64,000 bases of DNA from Utricularia gibba (Eukaryota; Plantae; Magnoliophyta). Every line of letters begins with the position of its first letter. Position 1 is the stretch's first letter. A program made the position numbers and the translations under genes. The notes beneath the pieces are model-generated. The model worked only from the letters and a program-made list of their open reading frames with translations, ran no database searches and had not been told where the DNA came from. Of the stretch, positions 25,401-38,902 are shown in pieces. The stretch spans positions 1,612,001 through 1,676,000 of the forward strand of contig NEEC01000020.1 of NCBI GenBank assembly GCA_002189035.1. Reading direction: 5' to 3'.

Positions 25401-27620
25401 CATTACTCTATTTTTCTTCTACTAATCTACCAAGCCTTTTTACCCTCGTCATGACGTGTGTTTACACTCCAGGATACCTTTCTCAATCAATCCCCATTCT
25501 TGGACAATCAGATTACCTTTTACTAATCTGGTGTTCTTCTATATTCTTATATAATATTAAGTTTTGTCCCATCTTTTTGTTTTATATAATATTAAATCGA
25601 TCGAATTTGTTTTTCGATCAAAAGCGCTATGTGAAATCTTCGGGTTTTTTTTTCGTACTCTTCCTCTAATAAAAGGTAATTACCCATCATTTTAACTTCC
25701 ACGCATCATTTCTTCTTAATCGTCGTGAAGCCATTCATTCCTGTGTATGCGCTACCCGGAGGACCGATCCTGGTAAGTCATTTTGGCGGGGTGGGTGTGT
25801 TGGAAACAGAGGACCCCTTTGTAGACACGCGATGCCCAACCGTGAACCAGAGGAATGCGACTGATGTAGTGTTGCGTTAATTGTGTGTATGTGAGACTGT
25901 ACACCACAGTTAATCACATAAAACTATTGGAGATCAAACCTTACCCTTTCTTAATACATAAGCTTGTTGATGATGAGGATGAAGTGTGTGATTGGATAAA
26001 ATGGAGAAGTTTAGGAAATCTTATCTTTTAATTAGTTTTTTATATTAGAAAGGAAGTTAAGCAAGTCATATTAGTTATATATATATATCTGAAGTTTTAA
26101 CATTGCGCAGGGTGTTGAAAAAAAAAAAAATCTTCTCCAAACGATTTTTTTTCTTTGGTTTTTGTTCCTTAATAACATAGATTTTAACCAAGGTTTGCAC
26201 CTGGTAAACCTTTTAGACGATCACGATAAAACAGCACAATAAGGACTGACATGAACACACACGTGACTCTAAAACCAAGCCTCACACGCACCCTTAAATC
26301 TTGATCACCCCTGCGCTCCAGTGTTGTTCCTTCCTTCTCCGCTGCTTAGACATAACTCATCCACATTCCTCAAAGGCTTTATTTGGATGGTGTGTGTAGA
26401 TATTGATGGGTTTAAATTATTTGAATTTAGATAAATTATTTGAATTTATTTGGTTTTAAACTTGGTGTTAAGTGCAATTTCAGTATTATATTTCATGTTA
26501 TTTTCTATGTTTAGATGTGACTAGAGTTATCTAATTAAAAGTATAGAATATGCTTTATATGTTTTTTTATATTAGTATAATTATCCTTATTATTACATTT
26601 GAACTCAGCTTATCTTATGATGAATTAAATTTAACTATATGGTTGGAAGAATACACGTGACACATAGCTGCTTCTCATGAATATGTCAACAAGATCTCTT
26701 TGAAAGATATTTTTCATGATTTATGTCAGAAGATTGGATCTTGATGATGAGCCTTTATGTGTACAATAGGATTGCAATTGCCAGAAGGAATAATGATGTT
26801 ATTGTCACCTCAAAGTAGAATATTACGTGCCTTGCAAGATACACAATGTGGACAATCAGATTTAGATGGAAACAAGTGTCTAGAGGGAGATTTATTGGCA
26901 CGAACTTCGAGCCAATAAAGATATAATTACAAATGGATTATGAGTACAAATTCAGTATTTTAGATGGAGAAATGAACAAAAAAATAATATATTTTCAGAA
27001 ATCATAAACAAGTGCTACAAAAATTGCAAGAGTAGATAATCACCGCCAAAAAAATTATTTAAAAAAATGTTATTATAAAAATTTAATGGAATTTTATAAT
27101 TGAATCCTTTATTTTTATTCATATGCACAAGGAGCTGTACCAGAGTTTGGATTACATCTACACAAGTCGAAGCGCGAGGACGAGCAGCGACACGAAATTC
27201 TCGCGGTGGTGGAAAAACTTGGGTCGTTATATTCTGCATGCAAGAGATTTCCGCATTTCTAGGGTTTCGAAATCTCAATTAGTCTAATATATCTACCTCA
27301 CATCACCTATCACCTAATCGATCAGTCGATCAGATTTGATTTATCAATTAATTCTACAAAAGGTTGACAATATTACAAGATATTTCCGCATCTCTAAAGT
27401 TTGGAAATCCCGAATTCATGATTTACATTTTTTATATAGGTTTATATCAAGTCATTCTCATAATATATTAAAAACAATGAGAATATATTAGACAATTTGT
27501 AGTATTTGCTGATAAATACTATTTATAAACATTTGTAATAAGCATATCAAGTTGCTATCCTATATATTTCACAAACTATCTACCAAACACATACTTCACA
27601 ATAAACCATCATTTATGGGA

Positions 27621-27904
27621 TTGATTAAACCACAGCAATTTAATGTAGGGGCTAACAATCTTGTATATGCGCATATTGGCGATATTATTATTGTTGCGAT
27701 CAAAGGAGTGCAGAAGATGCCCCTAGAAGAATCTGAAGTAGTCAGAGCTGTAATTGTTATATCCGTAAAGAACTTAATGGTTTGATGATAAGATTTGTTG
27801 AAAACGCCGAAGAAAGAAGGAGATCCCAAAAGGGACTCGAACTTTTGATGCATTCCCGAGGAATTGAGACAATTCAATTTTCATTAGCTCCTGAGTTATT
27901 ATAA
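27621..27904 (+). pseudogene. rpl14: Plastid rpl14 fragment (NUPT)
   Basis: [11 protein letters not shown]...[14 protein letters not shown]..., GDPKGTR..ELRQ.NF..SLAPELL*; internal deletions. Confidence 0.9.
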
Positions 27905-28090
27905 ATATGAAAACAAGTAATATCTTTTCTCGGTGGATATAAGAGAAATTGATTAAGAACTAGATTAATACATGGATTGGGTGTTATGCATATACCTTGA
28001 TGAAATTTTCTATTCAAAAACCAACACCGAAAAAAAAAAAGAAAAACATGTTTATTATATCCAACTTTGATGCACCAATAATTTTAATCC

Positions 28091-28345
28091 ATATTATTGT
28101 TCAGATAATAATACTGATATGTATAAAAAAAGAATGGTTAGAATACACTAATATCGGTGAAAATATTTCTCAATTAGTGTTTCAAGAAGGGTTTATCGAA
28201 AACATCAGAAAACATCATGAAAAAGATAAAAAAAATGATTTTAACAGTGCACCATAGATGGAAAATGAAAAGACTTTCTTAGAACTTTTTTAAATTTAAA
28301 ATGGATATTTCATCCAACGAATATACATTTTGTTATATATGGAAA
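28091..28345 (+). pseudogene. rps8: Plastid rps8 fragment (NUPT)
   Basis: TNIGENISQLVFQEGFIENIRKH and 3' ATTTTGTTATATATGG; syntenic after rpl14. Confidence 0.85.
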
Positions 28346-28474
28346 CCCTCTACTTTTTCTAAGCAAATGGCCTCCAAAAGATCTCCCGGTTTATGAAAAA
28401 AGAAAGGATGTGGGTGGGTTGTCTAATATTGTTTCATCTCGATGAGCTCATAATTCAAGGAGGCTTTCCTTGAA

Positions 28475-28671
28475 ATGAAAAAACAAAAATGGATTCATTA
28501 AGTTTCAAAAATAGATAAAGAAAATGCGATTATGGTAATGTTTTACGAAAGAAATAACTTAGTTTTATATGGATACTCCGAGAAGATAAAGTAAAAATTA
28601 AAGTGAGTCATTACAATTCTATCATATGACCCATAATTTATCCACTTTCAAACAAGGATTCGAAAAATTAG
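28475..28671 (+). pseudogene. infA: Plastid infA fragment (NUPT)
   Basis: ATGAAAAAACAAAAATGGATTCAT start, GGATACT..GAGATAAAGTAAAAATT..AGT, and AACAAGGATTCGAAAAATTAG end; syntenic after rps8. Confidence 0.8.
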
Positions 28672-28751
28672 ATGATTTTTATTCAAGATTGATTAAAAAT
28701 ATCAAGAAATAGCTTTCTTTCCAAAAAAGTAGATTTCAAAGTATGACAACT

Positions 28752-28824
28752 ATGAAATAAGAGCTTCTCTTTGCAGAATTTGTGACAAGTGTTGACTAAT
28801 AGTCGAATTACAGTAATTTGTTTC
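28752..28824 (+). pseudogene. rpl36: Plastid rpl36 fragment (NUPT)
   Basis: ATGAAATAAGAGCTTCT..AATTTGTGACAAGTGTTGACTAAT..GTAATTTGTTTC; syntenic after infA. Confidence 0.8.
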
Positions 28825-30124
28825 AAGTGAGTGTGAATAATACCATTATCTCATGAGTGACGCTTGAAGACAAAATTCATCCCAAGTCGGAGGGAAAAAG
28901 ACTTGGTGGACTGTTGGCCTGACTTTTACAAGATCCAGATCTAGGTCCAAATTATTTAAACGATTATGGTTGGACTTGGACAGAATCATTAATCCACGCT
29001 TAGACCTAATAAGGTAATGATAATTGAGCTAAATTTAAAATTATTTGAGCCTTGAGTGTTGCCAAAAATAGAAAAAGAAATCATTGTATTGAATTGGTAG
29101 AGGTACCCCATTTACGATATGTTTTTTTTTTAACAATACTCACATTCTCTATAATCATCTTGCGTTGAAAAGTTTGTAAACATTTTTTTGGTGAACCCAA
29201 ACTAAGTCCAAACACATCTACTTCTTCTATGTGTTGTTGCTCTTGCTCCATAACTTGTACAATGTCTGCTATAGTTCTCCAAGCCCATCAATTTTTGATG
29301 AAAAGATCTAAAAGAATATTGGATTGTCACTACATTTCTCTATCTCTAAGAAAATAGTGGTCTTCTCATTGATTATTTCCATGATTGAATGGCACTCGTG
29401 TGTTTGAGTGTTACCAATAACTCAATGATTCAAATACGATGACATTATCTATCCATTATATTAGGATACAATCACAAACAAAATACTATTATGTTGAGCC
29501 GTCCCAAACCCGGTGAATTAACCTCTTGAACCAAAAGGATAGTAGTTGATGTCTTTCATTTTACTTCTCTTCAAAACCCACAAGCAGTGACTAGATACTC
29601 ATGAATTTTAACTGGAGGTTGTTATAGAAAAACTACACCATATGCATGCGGAGACATGTGAAACTCGATTAAATCCAAAGAGGAAATGAAGGATTGATTA
29701 ACTACGAAACATGGAAAAAGAAGTATCCCAACCCAAAAATGGGAAGTTTATCCACGAAACGGTCATTTAAAAAAAGAAATCAAAGTAAATAAGAGAAATG
29801 GTGGAGAGAAAATATTTTAGAGAAATAAACACAATGTCTAAACTAAAGTTTAGAAAGGAAGAAAGTTATCATCTAAAACTTGTTTCACCGTAAAATTTTA
29901 CAACAATTCTTGGATTATTTGTAAGAAACTTCATATTTTGCTCTGATACTATAACATAATCATTATTTCTTCTATTAGTCATAATCGTGTTCTACACATC
30001 AAAGCTCATTATCATGATATGATTCTTCTGCCGACAATCACATAATATGTATTTCAATTAGATATTGTTATTCTTTCCTCCTAAAGTAGTTGTGTTAAGG
30101 GCGATAACCCCTTTTCCTTCTGAT

Positions 30125-31568
30125 ATGGCTCCCGAGTCCTCTACTCGGCCCTTGACTCAAAAGAAAAGGAAAAGGGTTCAGGCTTGTGCTAAGAAGCCTT
30201 CTAAAACGCCAAGAGGTAGGTGGGTTCTACTTCCTTGACATGTAATTTCTTTATCATGTTTCACTGTTTTCCCAACTTTTATACGCAGCTGAAGAGATGG
30301 CTCGGAGAAGTGCTTTGGAATATTCGGTCATGGCCCGCTTCTCGACTGAGATGCATCGGGTGCAAGAGTTGGACGTGGCCCCCTCCATGCAGGTTTATTT
30401 GGTTTTTTCAACCCGTCATCATGAGCCTCCGTTTCCGACTGTTTCCTTCTTTCCAGGTTGATTCTCCTGCAGTTCACTCGGATGCCCCCGACCATTCCTC
30501 AGATGGGGATCAAGTGATTGAGGTTTCCGGGAGCCGGGGACCAACACCCCCCCTCCCTCAACCGGAAAGGGTAAAGGGAAGCTCTTCCCTTCTTTGAGAA
30601 TCACCGAACCTTCAGTTCTTTGTGTGGGGTTCAATTCGGCTGGTGCCTCAACGTCGGCCCCTACGAATGAGATACGGGGCAATTCTGTTCCAACCGAGAT
30701 ACGGGACGATCAGGCGTTCTCTCCATCTTTGGTTCCAGCCGAATTAAGGAGACTTCTGGAGGAAGCCATGCCGAGCCCTCTAGACATTCGACCGGAAGTT
30801 GTACTCAAGGGAATTTGGTAGGTATTTGTTTTCTCCCTTCTCGGAGTGGTATAAGCCGGTTTTTGACTTAATGGTTTTTTCTAGGCTCTAACTTTTGTAT
30901 GGGGGATGGCTAAGGGAATAGATTCCCATTCGGGGGAGGTTGCCAGGCTTCAAGCCCATATAGCAGCTCAAGATGCTAAAATGAAACTGTTGGAGGAGGA
31001 AGGGAGATCGCTGAGGACAACTCTCGGGAAGCATTCTCGCCGAGAAGAGGAGCTTCAAAATGTGGTTAACGAAATGGGGAAAGCAATCGATGATGCCAAC
31101 TCCGAAAAGGAGAGTTTCAAAGTAAGGTTCGAGGAAGCAAAAGCGGAGCTAAAGCACGCTCGGGATCGCGTTTCTGCCTTGAAGGCCGAATTACTGGAGC
31201 ACAAGGCATCTCGACGGGGGCTTCTGGATGATTTTATCAATTTGGCTTGCTTCGCTGAACTCTCCGACATTTATGCAGGGGACTTGATCGGCTTGCTTCT
31301 ATATAGACAAAGGCGTCAAATCAACAGGGAGTTTGGGTTGTCCATCACGGATCCGCGTTTTGACAAGGTCGATCCCCTGAGGAAGGATGAGAACATATTG
31401 GATGTTATCGCGGACGTATATCAAGCCCCGGAATTCGGGTTTGAGGCTGATAGGGAGCGCCTAATAGCGCTTATTCAGGCCAGAATCGGGCGAGAGAACG
31501 TTGCTAAGATGAGAGTAAGGATGGAGGGACATGTCGGCCCCTCAACTGATCCTCTTCTTGAGCCTTAG
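30125..31568 (+). pseudogene. Spliced antisense gene of the Tat element (basic/low-complexity N-terminus, coiled-coil C-terminus)
   Basis: Four exons (30125-30215, 30289-30392, 30457-30821, 30885-31568) joined by GT..AG introns that preserve phase. Only two lesions: a 1-nt slip in a C7 run (~30547-30553) and a TAG at the exon 3 end. Confidence 0.75.
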
Positions 31569-32436
31569 TTTCTCTCTCTAAAACTAATGTTTTTGCCCCC
31601 GTTTTGGGGTTTTTGTATATTTTCAGATCCTAGTTTGGGATTCCTCTTTCTAGTTCGCTTTTGTGTTCTCGTATTGTTTTTTGCCTTCATTGATTCTTCT
31701 GGTTATTTGGTTGGGCTTTTTGCTTAAGTATCTTCTTATACTCGCGTGATTGTCGCTAAGGGTGTAACTCGGAACCTCTTTTAGGTTGAGTTACTTTCCT
31801 AATTCGGATAGGTCTTCTTTTGATTGGTTCCATGCTTTTGAGACATAGTCATATCTGCTTTAGGTGCATTCACTGTTTCAAGGCTCAGAATCTCGAACTT
31901 CGTTTAGGGCCTTTTTAGGGCTTATACGAACGGTTTAGGGGAATCGGTGCCCAAAATGTTATCCTCGCTACTGGTGCTTGGGTTTTGGAGACCACAAGAT
32001 TCGGGGCTTAGATTTAGATGGTTTGCGTGGGCTCACATGACTCGGAAGCCATGTGTCTTTTGCCAACCATTTGGTTGGGCTTTTTTATTTTTATTCGCAT
32101 TAGTCTTTCCTTACGTGAGCTGAACCGCTGCTAGGGAAGTAGATCGGAACCCCTCATGGGTTGAACAACTTCCTCAATCCGAGTGGGCCCTCTTCTGGCC
32201 GAAATCCCATCGTTTTAAACATGGGAAGATTTGCTTTGGGTGCTCTTGCCGTCTCGAGATTCGACAGTAAGGTTTGAACTTAAGAGTTTTTTCGGGGCTT
32301 ACGCGGACGGTTACGGGAACCGGTTACCAGGGCTTACCCTTACCACTAGAGCCTGGGTTTGTAGGAGCATATAATTATGGGGAGGTCCCGAGTTGGTTTG
32401 ATGTGCCCATCAAAGGGCGTAGACTCAGAAGATTTG

Positions 32437-32600
32437 CCTGGGCTAACATGACTCGGCCAGGGCTTACGATTTGTGATGCTCGTCCGGGGGCGTAGGCTTT
32501 AGAGGTCTACCTAGGCTTACATGACTTGGTCAGGGCTTACGATTTAGACTTAGAAGATTTTTCCTGGGCTTACGTGACTCAGCCAAGACTTACGATTTCA
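32437..32600. repeat. Degenerate repeats in the Tat 3' region
   Basis: Three copies of CT(G/A)GGCT(A/T)AC(A/G)TGACT(C/T)(G/A)G(C/T)CA(G/A)(G/A)(G/A)CTTACGATTT. Confidence 0.75.
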
Positions 32601-35600
32601 TTAACTCATCTCCACTTCGGAGGAATTTATTGCCACTTGGGCGTTTTGATGAAGAAAAAACCAGAACCTGCTAAAACCTGTGGTAGGGATTGTTTCTGAG
32701 CTAATTAGGCATAGAATGTCCTCAGATGTGTTGCATTCCAGGATCGTGGAAATTCCACGCCGTGCAGCTGTTCTAGGTGATAAGCTCCTTTTCATATTGC
32801 CCTTGAGATCCGATAAGGGCTTCCTAGTTGCGGTCAAATTTTCTCACGTGTCTTTGTGATTGGATGCATCGGAGCACCGAGTCTCCTTCCGAGAATTCCC
32901 TTGCAGGAAACAAACTTGTTGTAATTACTTTCCATTCTTCTCTGATAAGCCCCTAGTCGGCATTAAATACTTTGTCGTTTTTCTTCCAACAATTCCAACT
33001 CCAATTTTCGCAAATCGGCATTTTCCTCTTTATTACAGTACTCCACGCGATTGCTCTTCAATGTTAGTTCGATTGAGCATATGGCTTCTGAGCCGTAAAC
33101 CAATAAGAAGGGGGACTCTTCTGTAGTGGTTCGAGGGTGGTGCGATATGACCATCGCACCTCATCCAACCGGCCCGCCATGACCCTCCAAAATCCTCAAG
33201 TTTGGTTTTCATACCTTGTCTGAGCATCCGATTTGTTACCTCCATGAGGCCATTGCTCTGAGGATGATAAACCAAAGTGAAGTTGTGCTTGACTGAATAC
33301 TTATCTAGGAAAGCATCCATCTTTCTTCCTGTGAACTGGGTTCCGTTATTGATTATGAGCTCTCGGGGTATCCCGAATCCGGATGAAGAACCGGATAACG
33401 GTTTCCTCAGAAATTTTCGCTACGGCTTCCGCATCTACCCACTTGGAGAAGTACTCGATCCCCACAATAACAAACTTTCTTTGACCAGAGGTTTGAGGGA
33501 AGAGCCCCATGATATCCAATCCCCAACGATCAAAAGGGCACGAGAGTGATAGAATGATCAAATTGTTTATCGGTTTTCTCGGTACATTCGCATGATACTG
33601 GCATATCTTGCATCTCTTCACCATTTTGATATTATCTCGCTTCATAGTTGGCTAGTAATACCCGCTTCTCAAAGCTTTCCTGCATAAGGATCGTATCCCG
33701 ATGTGGCTCCCACATTCTCCTTCATGCAAATTGGTTATAAGATCTTGAGAATATTCTCTCCCGACACACCTTAATAGGGGTCCATCGAAGGATCTTCAAT
33801 AAGGAATTCCACCTACTAGTGTATATCTCTTTGCCCTAATCTCAAGCTGTCGGGCTTCCGATTTTTCAAACGGTATTTCTCCGTTTTGCAGATATCGAAC
33901 GTAATGCGAGATCCAATCTTCGAGGAAATTCAGCTGCGGGGAGATGTCACTTCCTGGTTGCTAGGTATATAGTTCATTGCTCGCAAGATTACCGAAGGTT
34001 GATCCCGCAACCGAATTGTCACGCTTCCTTCTTTTAGCTCCTGAAATCCTACGGCAAACCGAGCAAGGCTATCCGCGGACCCGTTTTCTTCGCGGGCCAC
34101 ATGCGATAAGGTAAACTCCTTGAAAGTCTTCGCCAACTCCTTCGCCCTGGCACCATACAAAGTCATTAGGAGGTCATGGGTTTCATACTCACCCAAAAAT
34201 TGTCCTTGCACTAGCCGTGAATCGGTGTAAACGTCGATTTCCGCAACTCAAAGTTCCTTGGCAATTTTCATCCCTTCAACCAAGGCTTTATACTCAGCTA
34301 CATTGTTGGAGGCAGGGAACAAGAATTTCATCGTGACATAAATGTGTTCCCCGTCTTGAGTTCGGATGTCTATCCCTCATCCGACCTCGTTGTATGTTGA
34401 ACCATCAACGTACATAGCCCATGGGTCATTGGTTTCCATAAATTGTCAATTGGTCGAGTCATCTCGACCACGAAATTGGCTTGAGGCTGGGATTTGATCG
34501 ATGTTTTCGACCTTAACTTGATATCCATTGTGCTTAACTCAACCGCCCATTTAGCTACTCTTCCAGAAATTTCAGGTGAAGACAGAATATTCTTCAGAGG
34601 CTGATTGGTGAATACCATGACGTGCCGATCTTGGAAATATGATTTCAACTTGGTGGCCGCCATTTTCAGAGCCAGGATGAATTTCTCGGTTACTGCGTAC
34701 TGGGTTTCGGCCGGTAGCAGGACCTTGCTCAAATAATATACCGGCAGGTGTTTATCTCCCGAGATGGTTGTCAAGACTGCGCTGACTGCGACATGCGATA
34801 TTGATGGATAGAGTCCTAGGGGTTCCATATTCTTCGAGGCTACAAGAAGTGGGGGTGATGAGAGATTCTTTGAGCTTCTCAAGGAGATCTGACAATCCTC
34901 GTTCCATTCTAAAGTATATCCATTTCGTAGAACCTTGAACAGGGATACCGACTTATCGACCGACCGAGATATGAAACGGCTAAGGGTAGCAAGTTTACCC
35001 GTGAGACTCTGGTACTCCTTGATTGTCCTTGAGGGTTGCATTTCGCATATTGCCTTAATCTTCTCGGGGCCAGCTTCGATTCCCCTTTCCGATACATAGT
35101 GCCCAAGGAATTTTCCGCTTTGCACCCCGAAGCAGCATTTCAACGGGTTGAGTTTTAATCCGTATGACCGACATAGAGAGAAACAAGAATCCAAATACGC
35201 CAAATGATCTTCTTCATTCATTGATTTTACGATAATATCGTCCACATACACCTCCATCGAGGTACCGATTTCAGAATAGAAGATCTTGTTCACCAATCTC
35301 TGATAAGTAGCCCCAGCATTCTTCAAGCCGATAGGCATCGCGACGTAGCAGTAGACCCCGTCCTTAGTGTAGAAGGTGGTTTTCGGCTGATCCTTCTCGG
35401 CAACGAAGAGCCGATATCCAGAATAGGCATCCATGGTGCTCATGAATCGGGATCCGGCAATGGCATCTACCAGTTGGTCTATTTTTGGTAAGGGGTAAGG
35501 ATCCCTCTTGCAACAGGCATTGAGGTCCATGAAGTCCACGCACATTCTCCATTTTCCCCTTGGCTTCGGGACAACGACAGGGTTGGCCACCCATTCAAAG

Positions 35601-36835
35601 TACTGAATCTCCTTCACGTAGTCGGCTTCCAAGAGCTCCCTCGTTTTCTCTTTGATAATTTGGCACTTCTCTTCGGAGAAATGCCGTTGTTTTTTCCGAA
35701 TCGGCTTTGCCCCCAGATAAGTATTAATGTGATGATCAGTCTAGGCAAAAATATCGACATTCTTACTTAGAAGTTCCGCTAACCTTTTTTCAAACTCGGC
35801 ATTCAAGCTGATTCCAAGGATCTCGACAAGACGATAACATAACAGGATTGGGCAGCTAGTTGGTCGATATCCAGCATGCAGATGCCCCTTGGTGTTGGAA
35901 ACTTAACTTTCAGATACACGGTTGAGGGTAACATACTGAATTGGTTAATGCCAGGTCGGCTGAGAATGATGTTATATGAAACCTCCGAATCCAATATCAA
36001 GGATTACAGCCTTTCCGTCCGATTTTAGCCTGCAGCACCAAATGTTACGGGTAACATTATGGGTAACATTATTTTCGGATATCGGCTACCTTCATTCCCG
36101 TGGTGTTCCTAATGTCCCTTTTTTCATTCTGTCATTTGTGCGGGGACCCTTCAGCACTGTTTCTTAAAGCCAAATCGATATCGGCCAAGACGTCTCCTCT
36201 CCCCATGGACACGTTCTAGTCAAAGGCATCTTTGAAGCCCCTACTCTTTCTCTCCCTGGGTAGCACTTGGCTGTCGATAAGCTTTCTTCTCTCGCAAATC
36301 TGGTCTAGTTCTCTTTTCAGCTATTCTTCCCTTTTCTCTAAGATCTCACCAGCTGTGTTTCCCCTATCCGTTCTTGGCTAATAGACAACTTGGTTGCGCC
36401 TCTTCCTTCGTAGCATCTCCTCCTCAGTTTTGGATTCGGTCTCCGTGTCTTGGAGATACTCCGGTATCAGGGGTTGCTTACCTATTCGCCATTCGGTTTC
36501 GGGTGTCCCCTTCTGTGTGTTGGAATTCAACCCCGAAGAGGCTTTAAAGTCGGAGAAGATTTCTGTCACAAGGGCCTTCAGTTGTTCCCTACTAATAACC
36601 ATGAGGCCGGGGTCTTGTACGCCGGCGCTTCCTTCGTGGCCTGAGTTGGTGGCCATGCTATTTTCCGCCATGATGGATGCTTGATGAGCGGCTCCTGTGG
36701 ATTTCTCGAGTGGGGTAGTTGATCTGGCCTCACGGTGGGCGCCGAAAATGTTAAGGGTGAAAATGGATGACCGAGAGGGTTTCGATTTTTGAGTTATGGG
36801 TGTAGCCGGGTGTGCCACACCTAGTTAAGTTGTTG

Positions 36836-37278
36836 TGTTTTACTCAATTCGATTGGCAGAAATAAAGATGGGCAGAGATTTTTACGTGGAAACCATTGGA
36901 GAATGGAAAAACCATGAAGCTGTCGGAGCTCGCCGGAAAATATCTTCACTGGATGGGAGTGGGGGGAAAATACAGGTTAAAGGGCTTAGACTCCAATCCC
37001 CTTTTCGTTCAGGATATCTCCTACTTATAGAAGAGGTCGATCTGACCGAATTCTCAATTCTGTAGGTGTCGGTTGCTTTCTGTGCTTGTACTATGATCTT
37101 ACTTTTTAGATGATCGCCACCTGTTCAGCTATGATTCGACCACTTTTCAGACTGTGTTATACGGCCGACGTTGTCAGATCTCTGACACATATCGGTCTAC
37201 GCCTGGTGTTATTCCATCAGAGCTCCTTTTGGCAGCCTTTTAGAGGCTGATTATCCTCATCCGATTTACACCCCATCA
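36836..37278 (-). repeat. 5' LTR of the Tat/Retand element
   Basis: Starts TGATGGGGTG on the minus strand; homologous to solo LTR 5016-5476. PBS-like TGGCACACCCGG at 36817-36806. Inner boundary approximate. Confidence 0.75.
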
Positions 37279-37314
37279 AGTTGAATACGAATAAGAGAAA
37301 CTCAGTTACTAACA

Positions 37315-38845
37315 GAAAATAAAACATTTTGTTGAAATGATTTGTTTGGAAATTCTTGAAGAGCTAATCATTGGTTCTTCTCTCGATTGGAATAGCTGTT
37401 ATGCTTAGTACTTTACTTGTTGAATAGATGAAATATAACAAAGATATATCTTTTTTTATCAGAGGTTCAATTATCATTGAAAGGAGGATTAGTCTAAAAT
37501 TTAGGATACATTATCGAAAGATCAAACTTCCATTGCCGAAAAGCAAAGTAAAGGCTTTCATAAAAAATGTCATAGAATTGAGAATGAAGTTTTCATTTTA
37601 TACATATCAATTCATGAATTAGTAAATGCATCCAATTTTCAAAATAATTCAATTATGTGAAACTTTGCATTTTTGGAATCAAATAGGATCATGATCAAAT
37701 GTTATTTCACGGTATTTACATGGGGTTCATATTTACTTTAAGAAAGTCCCAAAGAGTGCTTAGTTGATCCATGATTTATCATCGATCCATTTCGATCATT
37801 TCTTTTTCATTTGGATCAAATTTTGCTGGTTTTTCTTCTGCAGTATAAGAATGGGGGTTTAAGAATCTGTTTTTCGTTTTTATAATGGCTAAAATTATTT
37901 ATTTTGGCATTTTTGCCCCATTTATAGAGTTGATCTCCAAAGATATGAAAGGTCCCCCCCCCCCCCCACTTTTAATTGAGCCTCCGTTTCCCTCCTTTTC
38001 CTTCTAGCATTGGAAAATCCTGCATTTTACATAATTTAGGTGATCTTCTCCTTGGGTTTCCAAAATAGTTTAAAAGAAGTGCTTCCAATCATTTAAGTCG
38101 AGGTATTTTAAGTTGTTTGTTGATGCAGACAAGGTTAGGGAAAACCTCTGAAATTATTTCAATATTGAACCTAAGAATTGCAAATTAAATATGTTTCGAA
38201 AGAAGATCTTTTGTCTCATGGTAGCCTGCTCCTGAAGAGGAGCTAGGACCAATGTAGTCAGGTTTTCATGTTCCAATTGAACACTTCAGGTTTTTTTTTT
38301 AATTATTTCTAATGAAATGAAATAAAATTAAGTAGACGAAGATCCCAGCCAAGCCAGTTGATAAAGCTAAAAATTGGATATCCCACGCAATAATCATCAA
38401 GGCAAATTAAATGGTTCTCAATGACTTCAATTAGACTCTACTAATCTGGTATAGAATCTTCAATTTTGATTCGTTCTACAATTCAACGTTAGGTGAGATA
38501 AAAAAATTCATTCTTTTTTTTAATTTTATTCTTCAGTTTCTGATAAGCTAACTATTTTGTTTGCTAGAATCATTTTTCTTAGTGTTAGTGTGATCTACTT
38601 CACCGAATCGGAATTCAAAAGAAAGAAGCCGTGAAGTTTAAATAACTCACTGAAAATGCTTTTTAAAATAAATATTCAGACACTTGTAAACCTTCCGTTA
38701 CTGTTTTCTTTAATGTTTGTTCAATTACTCCTTAAACCCACAAATGCAATGTAGAAATTGGGTTCACCAATAATGATACCTCCCAACATACCAAAAGTTG
38801 ATGTTACCCCATCAGGGGAGACGTAAGGATTGTTACATAAAATAA
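37315..38845 (-). pseudogene. Unidentified intronless decayed coding tract, copy 2
   Basis: Reverse complement aligns with 16540-17260 and ~17960-18310. Reads [65 protein letters not shown] and YLIPKMQSFT*LNYFENWMHLLIHEL. Confidence 0.5.
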
Positions 38846-38902
38846 TTTTTTACTTTAGCCATTTGCATCAAGCTTAAACTTCTTGCATGTGCGCACCCCC
38901 CA

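Larger units (their letters stand above)
30090..37278 (-). mobile_element. Ty3/Gypsy Tat/Retand element lacking its 3' LTR
   Basis: 5' LTR 36836-37278; gag-like 36378-36818. RT-RH 34370-35632 (WRMCVDF.DLN..C..DPYPLP.ID, YVDDI). Additional archaeal-type RNase H ~33930-34330 (EYKALVEG..DSRLV..ADSLARF). Integrase 33033-33645 (WGLDIMG, YHPQSNG). Long 3' region with tandem repeats and an antisense gene. Confidence 0.92.

Noticed and set aside
30906-31568. Independent host coiled-coil (myosin-like) gene
   Set aside because: It is the last exon of the antisense gene within the Tat element's GC-rich 3' region.
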